A stretch of 64,000 nucleotides of DNA from assembly GCA_022605425.2 (NCBI GenBank), contig CM061250.1, forward strand, positions 682,001 through 746,000. Reading direction: 5' to 3'. Below are positions 48,601 to 61,828 of this stretch, one piece after another; position 1 is the stretch's first letter, and each line of letters opens with the position of its first letter. The translations under genes and the position numbers were made by a program. Under the pieces are notes generated by a model, which was not told the DNA's origin, made no database searches, and was given only the letters and a program-made list of their open reading frames with translations. This DNA comes from Hamiltosporidium tvaerminnensis FI-OER-3-3 (Eukaryota > Fungi > Microsporidia).

Positions 48601-49497
48601 TCAAAGTCAGTTAAAATTCTTTTAATTTTTTTTTGCTAACTTCGAAGTCCGGCGAAAATGAAGCCAATAAAGCCCATGTTTTTAGATTAACTTCTTGATG
48701 CATTCTTTACCGGACTAATTCCCAAGCTAACATAGAATACTTCGTGGTAAAAAACGCCTGGAGAGGTTTCTTGCGTAAATCAGAGTATAAAAATAATATC
48801 AGCAAAAAAATTGTATAGACGATATTAAAATTAAACTCGAGGATTTAAACAATGTTTTTGCAAGCTTATAGCAAAGCAGCACATAACTAAAAAAGAAATC
48901 ATGGTTTTTTTAGACAACCAGGCAATAAAAAGTTACGTTTTGTAAGCATATTTACTAGAAACGAAGCTCGTATGATCATGTTTAATTAAAATACGTCTTA
49001 TGGTTTATTTAGATGAAAAAGAAAAGAATTAACACTAGACTCTAAAGATTCCCTCTAATGTGCATGGCTAGTCAACTTACTTAAAATTTTACAACTAATA
49101 TAATAGCTGATACTAGCGTGGCACATAGAAAAGTTGCTGGTGATTAGCCTGGAATTTTTAAAACCATAATCAAAAGATTTTTATGAATCAAAATAGAATT
49201 GAAGATCATTTATTCTTCATTTAGAGATAAAGTTTTATAAACACTTAAACTCAAATAAGAAGACTAAGGACTTATTTAAACTCTTTTTGTACCAGAAAGT
49301 TGATCACGAGTTATTTTGCTGACTAATAAGTTTAAGTAAAAAAATATTGAAGTAAATATAAAAATATTTAAAATTGTGTCTAAACCTAAAGCTTATGTGA
49401 ACATATTTTTTTACTGGTAAATATTACTATAATATTATAGAGGCTTTTTTACAAAGAAATTTTACAATTTTACTATTTACCAAATTCTCAGAGTATA

Positions 49498-50239
49498 CTG
49501 TAAATGTACTTTATTTAAAAGTATCACATCTTTTATAAAACAGTGGCAAGTGTTATATTTGTTTTCATGATATTAACGCAGTTCTAGGTTTAACATAAAT
49601 AACTGCTACTCCAAAACTCCATAAGTAACCCCTGCGATACCTACGTCCCAAAGCTTTTCATCTACCAGGTGTGTAGAACCTAATTAATAGGCGAGGCAGT
49701 TGCCCGGAGTTCTTAATGTCCGTTGCAGGGAGTGTGATCGAAGGCCGAAGCCCCCCCTGGGCTCCCCCCAAGACTATGCAGCATTCTCACTTACTCTACA
49801 CTTTCTGAACCCAATAAACTTCTAGCTAAGATATATTTGAGAGATTTACATGAGCTCAACCTAGACAGGGCAATGTCATACCAACAGGTATAACATGCTA
49901 CTTAGCTTTCCTGGCTTTAATAGGTTTTTTGTTTTATATCTCCCAGGCGCTAAGTCTTCTTACCCGAGTGAGAAAGGCTAGGTTTCCATGTTTTTACATG
50001 GCAATTACCTACATGTTCAGCTACGGTCTGCAATCTGGTTACATAAAAAACTACAAATAAATTTGTTGAAAAAGTTTCTCCATTTCTTAGACCTCTTCTC
50101 GTCATAACAACTCCCATGGAACAACCGAAGATGTAGTGTGGTTTTATTCCTACCAAAAATCCAAACAATGATCTCACACCAGTTTTACACACTCATTGCC
50201 AAGCAGAAAGTTTTTTATGTGGTTATCCTCCCTCCACCC
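49498..50239 (-). mobile_element. Structured SINE-like element, copy 2, with 11-bp TSD
   Basis: Reverse complement of 4789-5517 with high identity. CTCAGAGTATA at 49487-49497 and 50240-50250. Confidence 0.88.
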
Positions 50240-50316
50240 CTCAGAGTATAATCTATTAAATTCATTAAAATAACATTTCTTTTTTATTTAAATATCAGTT
50301 TTTATAAAGGTTTAGT

Positions 50317-51333
50317 GGTGGAGGGAGGATAGCACATAAAAAAATAATAGAAATATGGGGGTTTGAAAAATTTATTGAAAGTAAGGGGGTACGTAAATAT
50401 ATTAAGAATAAAGGTGAGATACAGGAAATAAGGTGTGCCTTTTATCAGCGAAAGATAATTTAAAAATATCTATCTAAGAATATTTAACAAAGAAGCGTCT
50501 CTCTTTAAAGGTATGAGACTAAAGAAATGTTTTCCAAATATAATGAACTCGAACCCCACCTTAATTATAATTTCTTTATTTTCGTCAATACGATTTATTT
50601 TGTAAGTGGATAAAGAATCACAACATAAAAACCCATCTTCTTAGTATTAAGTATGTGAAACGGGTGGAAAATGATTGTTGTGATTTTAGATTGGAAAGAA
50701 ATTACATTGCATTTTCTGTTGTCTATGAGGTTTGTATGAAGAGGATGAGAACCTCTTCATAGTGGCGAAATTTTTTCTACAAATCATTTTTGTGTTTTTT
50801 ATGCAAAGATCGGAGATCCAGCTGAAAATGTAAGTAATTACCATGTATAAGCATTGAATTCTAGCCTTGCATAATCGGCTTGGAAGACTTAGCCCGTGGG
50901 AGATATAAATATAAAATTCTTTAAATCCAGGAAATATAAGTAGCAGGTTATACCCGTAGGTATTTCATTGACCTGTTTAGGTGGACCCATGTAAGTCTCT
51001 GAAATATATCTTGGCTAGATGTATATTGGGTTCAGAAAGTGTAGAGTATATGAGAATAATACATAGTCTAGGGGGAAGCCTATGGTTGGTTTCGGTGTAC
51101 TATCACATTTCATTTCATGGACAATGACGAGCACCAGGCAACCGCCTCGCTTATTAATTAGGTTCTACACACCTGATAGATGAAAGCTTTGGGACCTAGG
51201 TATCCTAGAGGGTACCGATAGAGTATTAGGAGTAGCTGTTATTTTTGTTAAACCTAGAACTGTTTAAATGTCATGAAAATAAATCTAACACTTGCCTCTT
51301 TGTTGAAAAAGATGTGATATTTTTTAAAATAAA
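50317..51333 (+). mobile_element. Structured SINE-like element, copy 3 (diverged, ~285 bp longer near the 5' end)
   Basis: Same GGTGGAGGGAGGATA start and AAAAAGATGTGATA...AAATAAA end. 50620-51333 is collinear with copy 1. Head-to-head with copy 2. Confidence 0.82.
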
Positions 51334-52681
51334 TATAAGTTTCGTGTAATATTTTAATACTATTAATTCTTTAAGCATTTGAGCATGCTTATTTTTATAA
51401 AATATAAAATAATAGACTCAAAAACAATAAAATATGAACTTTAAAAAAGATACTTAACAACTTCTATAGAAGAAATTCCCCAAGATATACTCTATTATTT
51501 TGTAGACTAAATATTATACTGACATCGGTAAAAATTAAGAATAAGCAAAGATAGATACATACAAATTCTAAACTCTAGGCTGTATATATTTCACTAGGAA
51601 TTTCTAAAAGAGGGTCATGTGTAAAAACCAAGGAACGAATTACAAGTAAATCGCGCAATATAAGCCATATATAAATATTATAGATGAAAATAGAAAAACT
51701 CTGATTGCCTTGATACAAATTTATATGTCAATCACCCGAATACTTATTTTAGCAGAACAAATATTACATACTTTAAATACCAAAAAAGCGATTGGTTGTT
51801 TAGATAAAATCCAAGGTGATTTAGACATAAAATAAATTTTTATTAGCCTTCTAACACGATATTATTATAAGAAAATTTAATTTTCAATAGAACTTAAAAT
51901 GGATTGTATTATTTATAACTTCAAAGTATATCTTTTCAGAGATAGGAAAAAGCAAATCTTGCGGATTAGTAGAATGAATATATAACATAAGAAGAAGTTT
52001 TTGCTTCCAAAAGCGAAGAAATTTTAGGTTAATTGAGGCTAATGCATATGACTCAAGATGAAAGTTTTAGATTCTGATCTCGGAACATAGGAGTGTTGAG
52101 TATGCTCTCTATTACCCATGTTTTGCCAAATAAAATCAAAATCCACTGTTTTTATAGGATTTATTGCTAATTCAAAACATTTAATTACAAAAAGTATCCA
52201 ATAATTATCTAATGCTACCAAATTCTTTATCTTTTGTAATGAAACATATGGAATACATATATTCTAATAACCAAAAAATAGAAATCGTTTCGTTTGTTGG
52301 TTGAATTTCTTCAGGTCTATACTGTTATAAATTCGGTGCAAAATAAAAGCAAAGCACCACATTTAAAATAATATCATATGCATGTATGAATGGGAAATTT
52401 AACACAAAAAATGGCAAATATTCGCAAAAAACTTTTTATGAAACTCTAAAAAAAATATTTTTGATCGAAAACGATTTGCTTGTATATACTTTTTGCGTCT
52501 GCTAGAATTTTAGTTGATGTTGTTTCTAAAAAGTTTAATTGCTGGTTTTTTTATTTGCTATCGCGGAATAGCTTTTTTGACCGGTAATTTGTTTTTTAGA
52601 ACTAAAATATAATTTAAAGTATAGTTGTAGATTCAATTCGGTTTTTGTACTTTTTTGAACAAAAAAGTCGGCCCTTTCTGC

Positions 52682-52920
52682 ATTTATTTATTCATCCTTG
52701 GCACCACAGCCCTGTGCGAGCCTTGGCTTCTATTAGAAATACCGCCCACCGATCTGTTTCCAGTGGGGTTGTTTACTCATTGGGTTTAGTAACAGGTAGT
52801 TTTAAAGGGTGGGTTGTTAGCCCTACGCCTAACCTCATATAGGATCAGTCCCTTTTAGTCGCCTCTTAGGACAAGCAGAGAATACTCCAAACCAATTCTG
52901 CTCCCGGCATGGTGGGAATC
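52682..52920 (-). mobile_element. ~240-bp non-autonomous RTE derivative (5' leader fused to 3' tail)
   Basis: Minus strand: GC-rich head, CTGCTTGTCCTAAGAGGCGACTAAAAGGG, GGTTAGGCGTAGGGCTAACAACCC (RTE-type leader), then GAAGCCAAGGCTCGCACAGGGCTGTGGTGCCAAGGATGAATAAATAAATG (RTE-type EAKA..GL end with short repeat tail). Confidence 0.68.
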
Positions 52921-54913
52921 CTGTCTGAATTATTGGTGTAAATATTCCGTTGCACATCGATATTTTAGTAAAAAGAAAATCATTGATTTCATATGTCAAC
53001 TCATTCAAAAATTGGTTAATACGCGAAGTATTTTACTTTTAAATAGACCCATATTTTTGTAAAATCCGAAGTTGTTAAGTGCTTTTAAGACAAATTTTAA
53101 CCACCTGTCCTGCATAGAGGAAGCAGTTGAAAAAAATGTTAAGGCTTTTTTATCTGCTTTGGTTTTATTCATATTGTAGGTATCTCATTTTAAAATTGTC
53201 TTTGCCTCTAAAATTTTTTTTAACTCCAACCAATTATTTTACAAGTTTTTTAAAAAATTAAATTTACTATAATAGTTTCATTTTTAGGAAATATCGGTTT
53301 TTATAAACTGAAAAGGTATCGATCTGATAGCTATTGATACTTACTTTGTATTAAAACTTCATGAGAAATTTCTTCTATAGTCTAATGTTTTATTCTTCTG
53401 TAATAATTCATATATTTTGAGTCCTAAGACCGTGATATTATTCTTGTGCCGATTATTTTTCATTCCTTTCTTTGGAACAGATTAAGAAAATGTAAAATTA
53501 TATTTAAAATTAAAACGATTGCAGAAAAATATCTTGGAGATTTCGAAAATCTATTGTGGTGCCTAATAAAGAATGGAATCAGACAATAAGATTTCCAAAT
53601 AATTATATGTATAAGAATTGAATGGTGATTGTTGTATCTAATGGTTTTTCTAAAAGTTTGAAATTTATGTTAAAAGATTGCCATAGTTATCTAATATGAT
53701 TTCCAAAAGAATGTAACTCGTTTTAATCGGTAAAAAAGCCTTAAAATCAATATCAAAGTCGGAACAAGATAGAATCAAAGTATACAAGAATATCACCAAA
53801 AAGCAATTAAAAAATTAAATATAGACGATTTGGTACAGAAGAAAAAAGTTTATTTGAGCAAAACTTAAAATAGAATATTAAAGTTCCTAATATGGAGAAT
53901 CATAGTGGGATCACCATTGTTGATATTACAGAATGATTCGCTATCGAAAAGACGATTATAGTAAGCTACATATAGCATTTTTATATCATGAGTTTTATAA
54001 AAACCAAAAATTTTATTTTTTTAATTTTGGAATAAATATGTTGGAAGATTTTTAAATTTTCGCGTCTAAAGATCAGAAAATGCAACCGACATATAGCTTT
54101 CTAAATATTAAAAACATTAGAAATACGATTAAAACGAAAAAAAACCTTCTTATATCACGCTTTTTATATCGGCATCATTTCGTTTTAATGATGGTTTTAG
54201 GTTTTTTTTCCATTTCTTTTATCAAATGAAATTTTTTTTATAATTAAACTGAATTCGGAAGCGTCATAACAAAAAAGGAAAATAATTCGGGTGCTTAAAT
54301 CAAGTATCAATATGTTTTCCGATTTAAAGTTTCAATGCCAAATTGTAAAAAGTTTGCTAAACCGGATATAAACAATAGCTACAAATATATATTATCAGTT
54401 AGTTTTAATGTAGGCTTAAGTAATAAAGTGGAATAATAAAAAAAAGTTATAAATTTTTTGATTTTAGAAAATATAAAAAAGAAATTCGAAATTTCTCTTT
54501 AGTAGAATTGTTAATATACAAAAGAATACACTATCTAACTTTTAATACACATAAAGATAATATCATTCAAGAATATTATATGAAGCTTTTTATGGAAAAA
54601 TGTAAAAGATGTGGGTTAAATAAATTCCAATTGTGAATTATTATTTTAGATAATAATTGCTTGAACTATAACTTCAAGATTTTTAAAAAAATATATTAAT
54701 AGTTTTTAACCGAATTTACAGCCTTTTCCGTTGTTATAACTAATTTTTTATTTTTGTTAATCCTTTTTTAATTGAAAATCTATTAATATTGCTATATTAG
54801 GTCTTTTTTTCTTTTTTTAGATTAAAATTTCCAGATATAAATGAATTAAATTTTCTTTTTTGGAAATCAATTTTTTAAAAAAATATATATAATTAAAAAA
54901 TAATTCAAATAAT

Positions 54914-56038
54914 ATGATAAATATAAAGAACTCGAAAAAAAATGTTTTCATATGTTTTATAAGCATTTACTGTAGTTTAATGGAAAACAAAGATATTATA
55001 GTTGATAGGAATATGAATTGCGATATATTTAAAGATACTTTTAATGAGAAAATAATAAATATTTCAAGTGGTTCCTTTGATGAACCTAAAGGTTGTTATA
55101 AAACTGCGATTTCTACACGATCTATGAAAAATACCGAGTTATTTCGATTTTTAGGAGAATTAGAACCCGAAGATATGTCAAATTCATATGTACTAATTCT
55201 TTCTTTAAAAATTGAAAATAAAGAATGCAATTATATTGTTAATATTATAGAAAAAATTGATAAAATTGTTGCTATTATGAATAAAGATCCGAAAACAAAT
55301 AAAAACAAACTTGAATGTGGGTTGAAAACGGAGATGCTATATCTTAAAACAATCTATCATGATTTTTCATACATAAATAATTTGTCTGTCAGTGAAAAAA
55401 TCGAATATATCGCCAAAAATTTTACAATCGAAAATGAAAATCTTGCTTCAACTGATACAATATATTTATTGGTAAATAAAAAGATGGATCTATCTGAAAG
55501 ATGTGGATTATGCCATTTATTGAATCAATACTTTGAAAGTTTTGGAAAGCAAAATAGGTATTTATACATCTTAATGGAAAATATAACTCAGAAAAAACCA
55601 AAAAAAATCGTGGATTTTATAAGCGAAAAAAAAGATGACATTCATATTTCATTTTTTATTTTTAATTTTAAAAATCTCGTGTATGATTTGAATACTAAAT
55701 CAAATGTTAAAAAACCTACGTTTTCATACAATAAAAAATTTCATTCTATATTGATGTGTTCTTATTGGGAAGATAAAAAACCTAAAACCAGATTTCTTTA
55801 TATCGGATTCGAAATATTGCTTAATAATATGACAAGACCGAAAAAAATTTATGAAATTGAAATAAAAGAAAATAATACATCTCATATATCTAAAGAAAAC
55901 CCCATAATATTTAAACATCGTGTAAATCTTGTTTTCTTTTACGATTATCTTGTTGAATGCAGTTATATTTCATACGATGAAAAAAATCCGGCTATTCGAA
56001 TCAAAATGCTCGATTTTTTATCATTAAAATGGTTTTAA
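54914..56038 (+). CDS. Hypothetical protein, 374 aa, possible signal peptide
   Basis: Long uninterrupted ORF in AT-rich DNA. Basic N-terminus plus hydrophobic NVFICFISIYCS. No recognised domain. Confidence 0.72.
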   Translation: MINIKNSKKNVFICFISIYCSLMENKDIIVDRNMNCDIFKDTFNEKIINISSGSFDEPKGCYKTAISTRSMKNTELFRFLGELEPEDMSNSYVLILSLKIENKECNYIVNIIEKIDKIVAIMNKDPKTNKNKLECGLKTEMLYLKTIYHDFSYINNLSVSEKIEYIAKNFTIENENLASTDTIYLLVNKKMDLSERCGLCHLLNQYFESFGKQNRYLYILMENITQKKPKKIVDFISEKKDDIHISFFIFNFKNLVYDLNTKSNVKKPTFSYNKKFHSILMCSYWEDKKPKTRFLYIGFEILLNNMTRPKKIYEIEIKENNTSHISKENPIIFKHRVNLVFFYDYLVECSYISYDEKNPAIRIKMLDFLSLKWF

Positions 56039-59000
56039 ATCATGAAATCAATATTAACGAATTGGATGTGTATGCTAAAAATACAATATCGGTTCACACA
56101 TCCAGTGAATGCCGGGTTTCGGATATTTTTCGTAAAATTACCAAGTGTTTCGCTAATTTTAAGTTTAGATATATTAAAAGAGATTTAACTTTACTTTAAT
56201 AACTCAAAATGAAGGGAATTCCTAAATAATACATATTAAAGTATCTTTTATTTCTTAAAATTTTACTAATCTTCATTCTCTAGTTTTACGTTTATAAATT
56301 TAACTATAGATTCGTGGTTTTATAAACATTTTCCACTTCGTTTTTGTCTCAAAGAATAGTATAAATTCGAGATACCTGTCTACTTCTTTTATAATATCCA
56401 ATGTTTTTAATAATTCGAAATGTTTATATTTTCATCAAGTTGTAGTCAGAAATCAATGTGCCATTAAAACCCTGATTTTTAATTTAGATTAATAGACAAT
56501 AACACAAGCACTTTTTAAAAGTATACTATGTGTTTTTTTCAGCGTAATCTAGATTTTTATATACTTTTCTTTTATAAATTGTGATTCCTTTAATATCGTT
56601 ACATATGAAGCGACAAAATATTATATCTACGACATGCAATTTAACCAAAACTTTTCTCTCTGTTTTTAAATCTACAGCTATGCATTCTAATAATATAAAA
56701 ATTTATAGATGATTTTTTAAAAATAATTAGAGCTCAATCGATCATCATGTATTTTGTAGATTGGAATCTTATTCATGATGTGTTTGTTTGAGTTAAACTT
56801 CATAAATTATTTTTCATAGATTATATTTTTGCAGAACGATTTCTAAAAAAACTTACACCAGTATTTTGTTTTTGAAGATATTTTCACTCATGTGTATTTC
56901 ATATGAAATTCAGATACTTTAATCTCGTTTTTTTTCTTTAATTCGGGTTTTTGCGCCTATTATAGTCTTATTAATGAATAATATTTATTCAATCCTTAAA
57001 TGTGATGCATTTCGTTTGATCTACAAAAAATATTTTTATATAAAAACCAGCAATCGGTAGATTTTTATAATATATTTTCATTTTAAAGAAAACTAGGATT
57101 ATCATGCAATGATTCTTTCTTTCACTTCAGGATAAATTATGTTCTTATTTATAATTCTTGCCATAATTTATTCTGTCCCCCCCTGTCGAAAAATAGAAAA
57201 GGCTGTAAATAAAGGCTATCGTCTCAGATCCAAACCAATTTTTTCGTTTTTAAAAAGAAATTAAAAATTTTCAATGTTTCGACTAGATTCTAATATTCTA
57301 TATGCTCGATTTTAGAAGAATCTCTTACTAAAAATGTACGTAATTTTTTGTTATTACTTTATTATGTCCCCCTCTAGTTCTTTATTCTATCCCCATCTTG
57401 TTCTTTATTGCATTTCCTTATTAAATCGTTTATATTAAGGGGAAATTCGGTAATAAAAACCGTAAAAAAAATATTTTTTTGAAACCTTTAATTTAAAGTA
57501 TATTTTTAGTAACTCATGTCTTTTTTCATTATTTTTTAAAATTTTCATATTTTTTCATTAAAATACAAAAATGTTTCATATATAAAAGAAAAGTAAAAAA
57601 ACCCAGTGAGAAGACTTGAATATAAAGAATGTAATAAAAGAAAACTACATTAAATTCAAATGTTTTGTAGTTTGAAATGATTTTTCTTAAGTTTATTTTT
57701 TTTTTTTTAAATCTTTTTTTTAATTTTTTTATAACTTCTTTTAATTTTTTTCATTTGCGTGTTTTCTACTCTTTTTAAAATAGTTTCAATTTATTTTTTT
57801 AATTTTCATAATCTTTTTTTAATATATTTACAAATTCCTTTGGTTTAGAATCGTTTTTTTCATTAGAATTCTTTAATTGATCACGAAATATATATTTTCT
57901 CGTCAGACCACTCGTTTCCCGGCAAAAAAGACAAAAATACTATTTTTTTGAGCTCCTATCCAATTTAGCGAATGTGGGAATCAGCTTGATTTATCCTTTG
58001 GTCAGGGTAAAATTCAGCAGGGGGAGTCAATATGAAATACGACAATTCATACAAAATTTTACAGGATATCAATATTTAATAAAAAATTATAGATTTGTAC
58101 AGTAAGTTAGATTGCAAAATGATGATTCTTGATAGTAATACCATGATAAGAATTTATAATCTAACTCAAATATTTACAGTTTTTAGATTAAATAAAGAAA
58201 CCGCCCCACATATATAATCGCGCACGTTTTATCCTTAGTATTTGGCACCTTTTTAATATCATATCAGCCGAAATTTATAAAAAAAATACAGTTCGTGTTT
58301 GTGAAGATATACTATGAATATGAAAGTATTCTTAGAAAGTGAAATTACATAAGGAAATTATGTGATGCAAATCGAATCTCATATATATGCAAGATATTCT
58401 AGTATGTTTGTAAAGCTTTAGACGAAAATACAAACATTTTTTATGTCTTAGAGTATCAATATCTTTTACTGTGGTATAGTTTGGTATTTAGATTAAAACA
58501 TCTCGAAATTATTGATTGATTTGAACCTTAAATTCTCAGAAAAAAGATTTGGGAACTTTAATATCGTAATCCTAACAAAATCTTACAGAAGAATAAAATT
58601 AAAATAAATTTTACATTTGAATTCTCTTTAAGTGAAGTTTAATGTTTAGATATTTAAGATTAATATTATTTTGGATATGAGTTATGTAATATGCTAATCC
58701 ATAACTAAGAAGTCTATTTAATAAAATTTGTTACATTTAACGCATTTTCATCTGATAGTTTTCTGTTTTAATTTGGTGTATTGATTGTAAAATATTAAAA
58801 AAATATCAAATTATTACTTGTTTGTTGGGATCTGATAAGATTTCAAAATTTGTTTAAACATGTAATTTTACACATATTTGTCAGATAAACCATTTTTAAA
58901 AGCGTATATATTCATATCTGGTGTTTGATTTTATCTTTAAAAATAAAAATTTGCTATAATATTTCGAAAACCAAAGGCTTCTCAATTAGTCATTTTTGAT

Positions 59001-61828
59001 CACATTAATATTTATATTTATAAGAAATAATAGTTTATAATTCTCTTAAGACCAGTAAATCCTAATATTGTTTCTAAATTTTACCATCTAAATTACAATA
59101 AAACTATATAGATTATTGTCTGAAAAAAAACTAATGAATAGATTCTTACGGCTTTAAAATTATAGTATATTTTATATAGAATGAAGAATAAGATGTTTAT
59201 ATGTGATTTAATCCTCAGAACTCGTTCTTAGGTAATAAAACAAAGCAATATAAAGAAAACTTTGGAAATTTGCTAAATTTTCAATTGTATAATTTAATAT
59301 TCGCTAAATGTTTAATCGTTTAATTTAATTCATTTAAATTATTGAATTAAACAATTTTCTGTTTATAAATAATAAAGAAAATTAAAGAATTATTTTTTAT
59401 TCAGAAAATATATATTTGTTATTTCTATACTTTTTTTACGTTCAAATTATAATTTAAATCTTCAAATAAATTCTAAATGGTTTTCGACAATTTTATAAAC
59501 CTACAATATAATTAAAATTTTGTTTCATTTAAATTTTACTATTGAATTTGAGGTTTGTAGACAATTGTAGATTTTCTTCCCAGTTAAAACATATATTTTA
59601 CACAAAAAAATATAATGAAACTTATAAGTACCTAACTCTTAAAATATTTCGATATATTTTTCGGACTTTTAACTGTTACCGTGCCATATAAAGACATAAG
59701 AATTTTGTGATAATATTTAAAACGCTAAAAAATTATCGCATTTTGTATTTCGATGTTGCTAACTATAAATTTTTATAAAATATTTCTTAATTTATATACT
59801 TATGATCTGAAATCGATTTTTGTCTAAATACTTCGACAATAATATATCAATTCATAAATTTTTAAATGAAATAAAAACTATTTACAAATATAAATCATGA
59901 ACAAATACAATCATACAATAACATAATAAATATTTTCTTATTCCTACTACCTCTCGCCTGTAAAACAATACATAACTTATGAAGATAAACTTTATTTGAT
60001 ATCTCATGGCAAATAAAATTCTTTTAAAGCGACTTTGAGTGCTATTTATCTATTTTTTTTAGTAAAATAAAATTTCTTATTATTTTTAATGGATTTCTGT
60101 ATATCGTATTTCCGCAGTAGAGGTTAAGAAAATTTTACGAGTATATAAGCAATAATTCTAAATACCGTTTTTATACATTCATTTTAACCTATTTTTTTAA
60201 AGAAAATTCTAGAGCCACAAAACACGTGTAAAAAAAATTCATACTTAAAAACTAGTTTTTTATGATATTTGATCTAAGAATATGTTGTTTTGGATTATTC
60301 GGTTTATATTTATACTAGTTTACAAGAAATCTCAAAAAGATGCTAAAGAAAATTAAATTTCTAAATTCAATCTAAGTAACTAATTTCATAGTTGACTTTA
60401 AATACATAACCATGCGTTTAATTTTCTTAAAAATATTAAGAGAACTGGAAAAAATTGCCCGCTGATTTTGAAAAAAAGAAATATATAATAAGTAAGAACT
60501 GATAATGGATGTATTGAAAACTGTTCGTTGGTGATATTTTTTAGTTTTGTACATTTGACAAACATTTAGAGTATATTTAAAAATTCTTTAAATATATTCG
60601 TAAGATGGCAACTGATTTTGTTTTTTTTTATTGAAAAGGCTTTATTTATTTATAAAACTATCAATGAACTTTTACCCCGATTGATTTGATTGAAATAGAT
60701 ATGATGTTTTATTAGATCTGGTTAAATTAAAAAAATACAAAAATTTTGATAGCGGATGCTTTGATATTTGTAACATTATATATTGCTTCCCAAGCTTTCT
60801 TCTATATATCACCAAAATAAAGATGCATCGATATGTTCTAGTATTTAAAAAAAGTTGTAAGATTTTATTTTTTTTGATCTCTTATTATAAAACATCGTTT
60901 TTTTGAGGTAATAATGAAGTTGCGTGAGTAGCCATAAGATTAGGAGATTGTAGGTTGATAAATTAATGCGAAGATTGTAAACAGATTTATTCAATAGAGA
61001 GTCAATATGAACATAGTGATATTTAAGAAGGAAGGTCTTATCAAATTAAAATATTTATATTCTAACTATTTTGAGAGCCGCGACACCGTAAAAAAATATA
61101 GTATAAATATAATAAAAAATTCCTATAAAAGTTTTGTCAGAGATTTATACCTAGGAAATACATTATAGAGGTCACGACTGCTTTGATTTATTTGCTCTAC
61201 ATGTATTTTATAGTCTAAGTAAGAGGTGACGTGACAATATGTCCCAGTACACATAAAATAGTTATAATCAGAAGTCGAAATGATAACTTTAGTTTCGTTT
61301 ATAAACTTGAAAAAAAAAATTGAATATTTGAGTCTTTTTAAACCGGATAAAAAGCCTGAATTCAAAAAGAAACTCATTCAATTTTTCACAATAAAAAAAA
61401 CGGTGTTGCAGATACAAAATATGGAGGTATAGTAAGAAAAAATATATGTAATTAAAATAGGAGGTTATTATGTTAAGAATAACATGATGCCTTTAGACAA
61501 AATATAAACAACTGAACATATTGAGTCTTTATTTCCAAAAATTAAATTATGACAAATTAAATATTAATTTGAATCGAAAACATATTTAAATAATAATAAA
61601 ACTTGAATTTAAACATAAATTAACGTAAATCTAGAATATATAATCATAAAGAAATTATTTTGAGAGATAAATAGAATATTTTCGACATATTTTGGTAAAA
61701 TCATATTAAAGCCTAAATATATCTCAAAAATTATCTAAGGATACGGATTGTATTTTATTTTAGCTTTTTAAAATTTTTATTTGCGTTAAATTATTTATAA
61801 TTGTAAATATTTTCTTAAATATTTTTAT

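Noticed and set aside
49950-50192. 80-aa ORF within the SINE-like element
   Set aside because: Non-ATG start, interrupted by a stop in copy 1 (AGAAATTGA) and not preserved in copy 3.
57173-58030. Possible terminal inverted repeats TCCCCCCTGTCGAA / TTCAGCAGGGGGA around ~850 bp
   Set aside because: Match is short and imperfect, with no TSD or second copy in the window.
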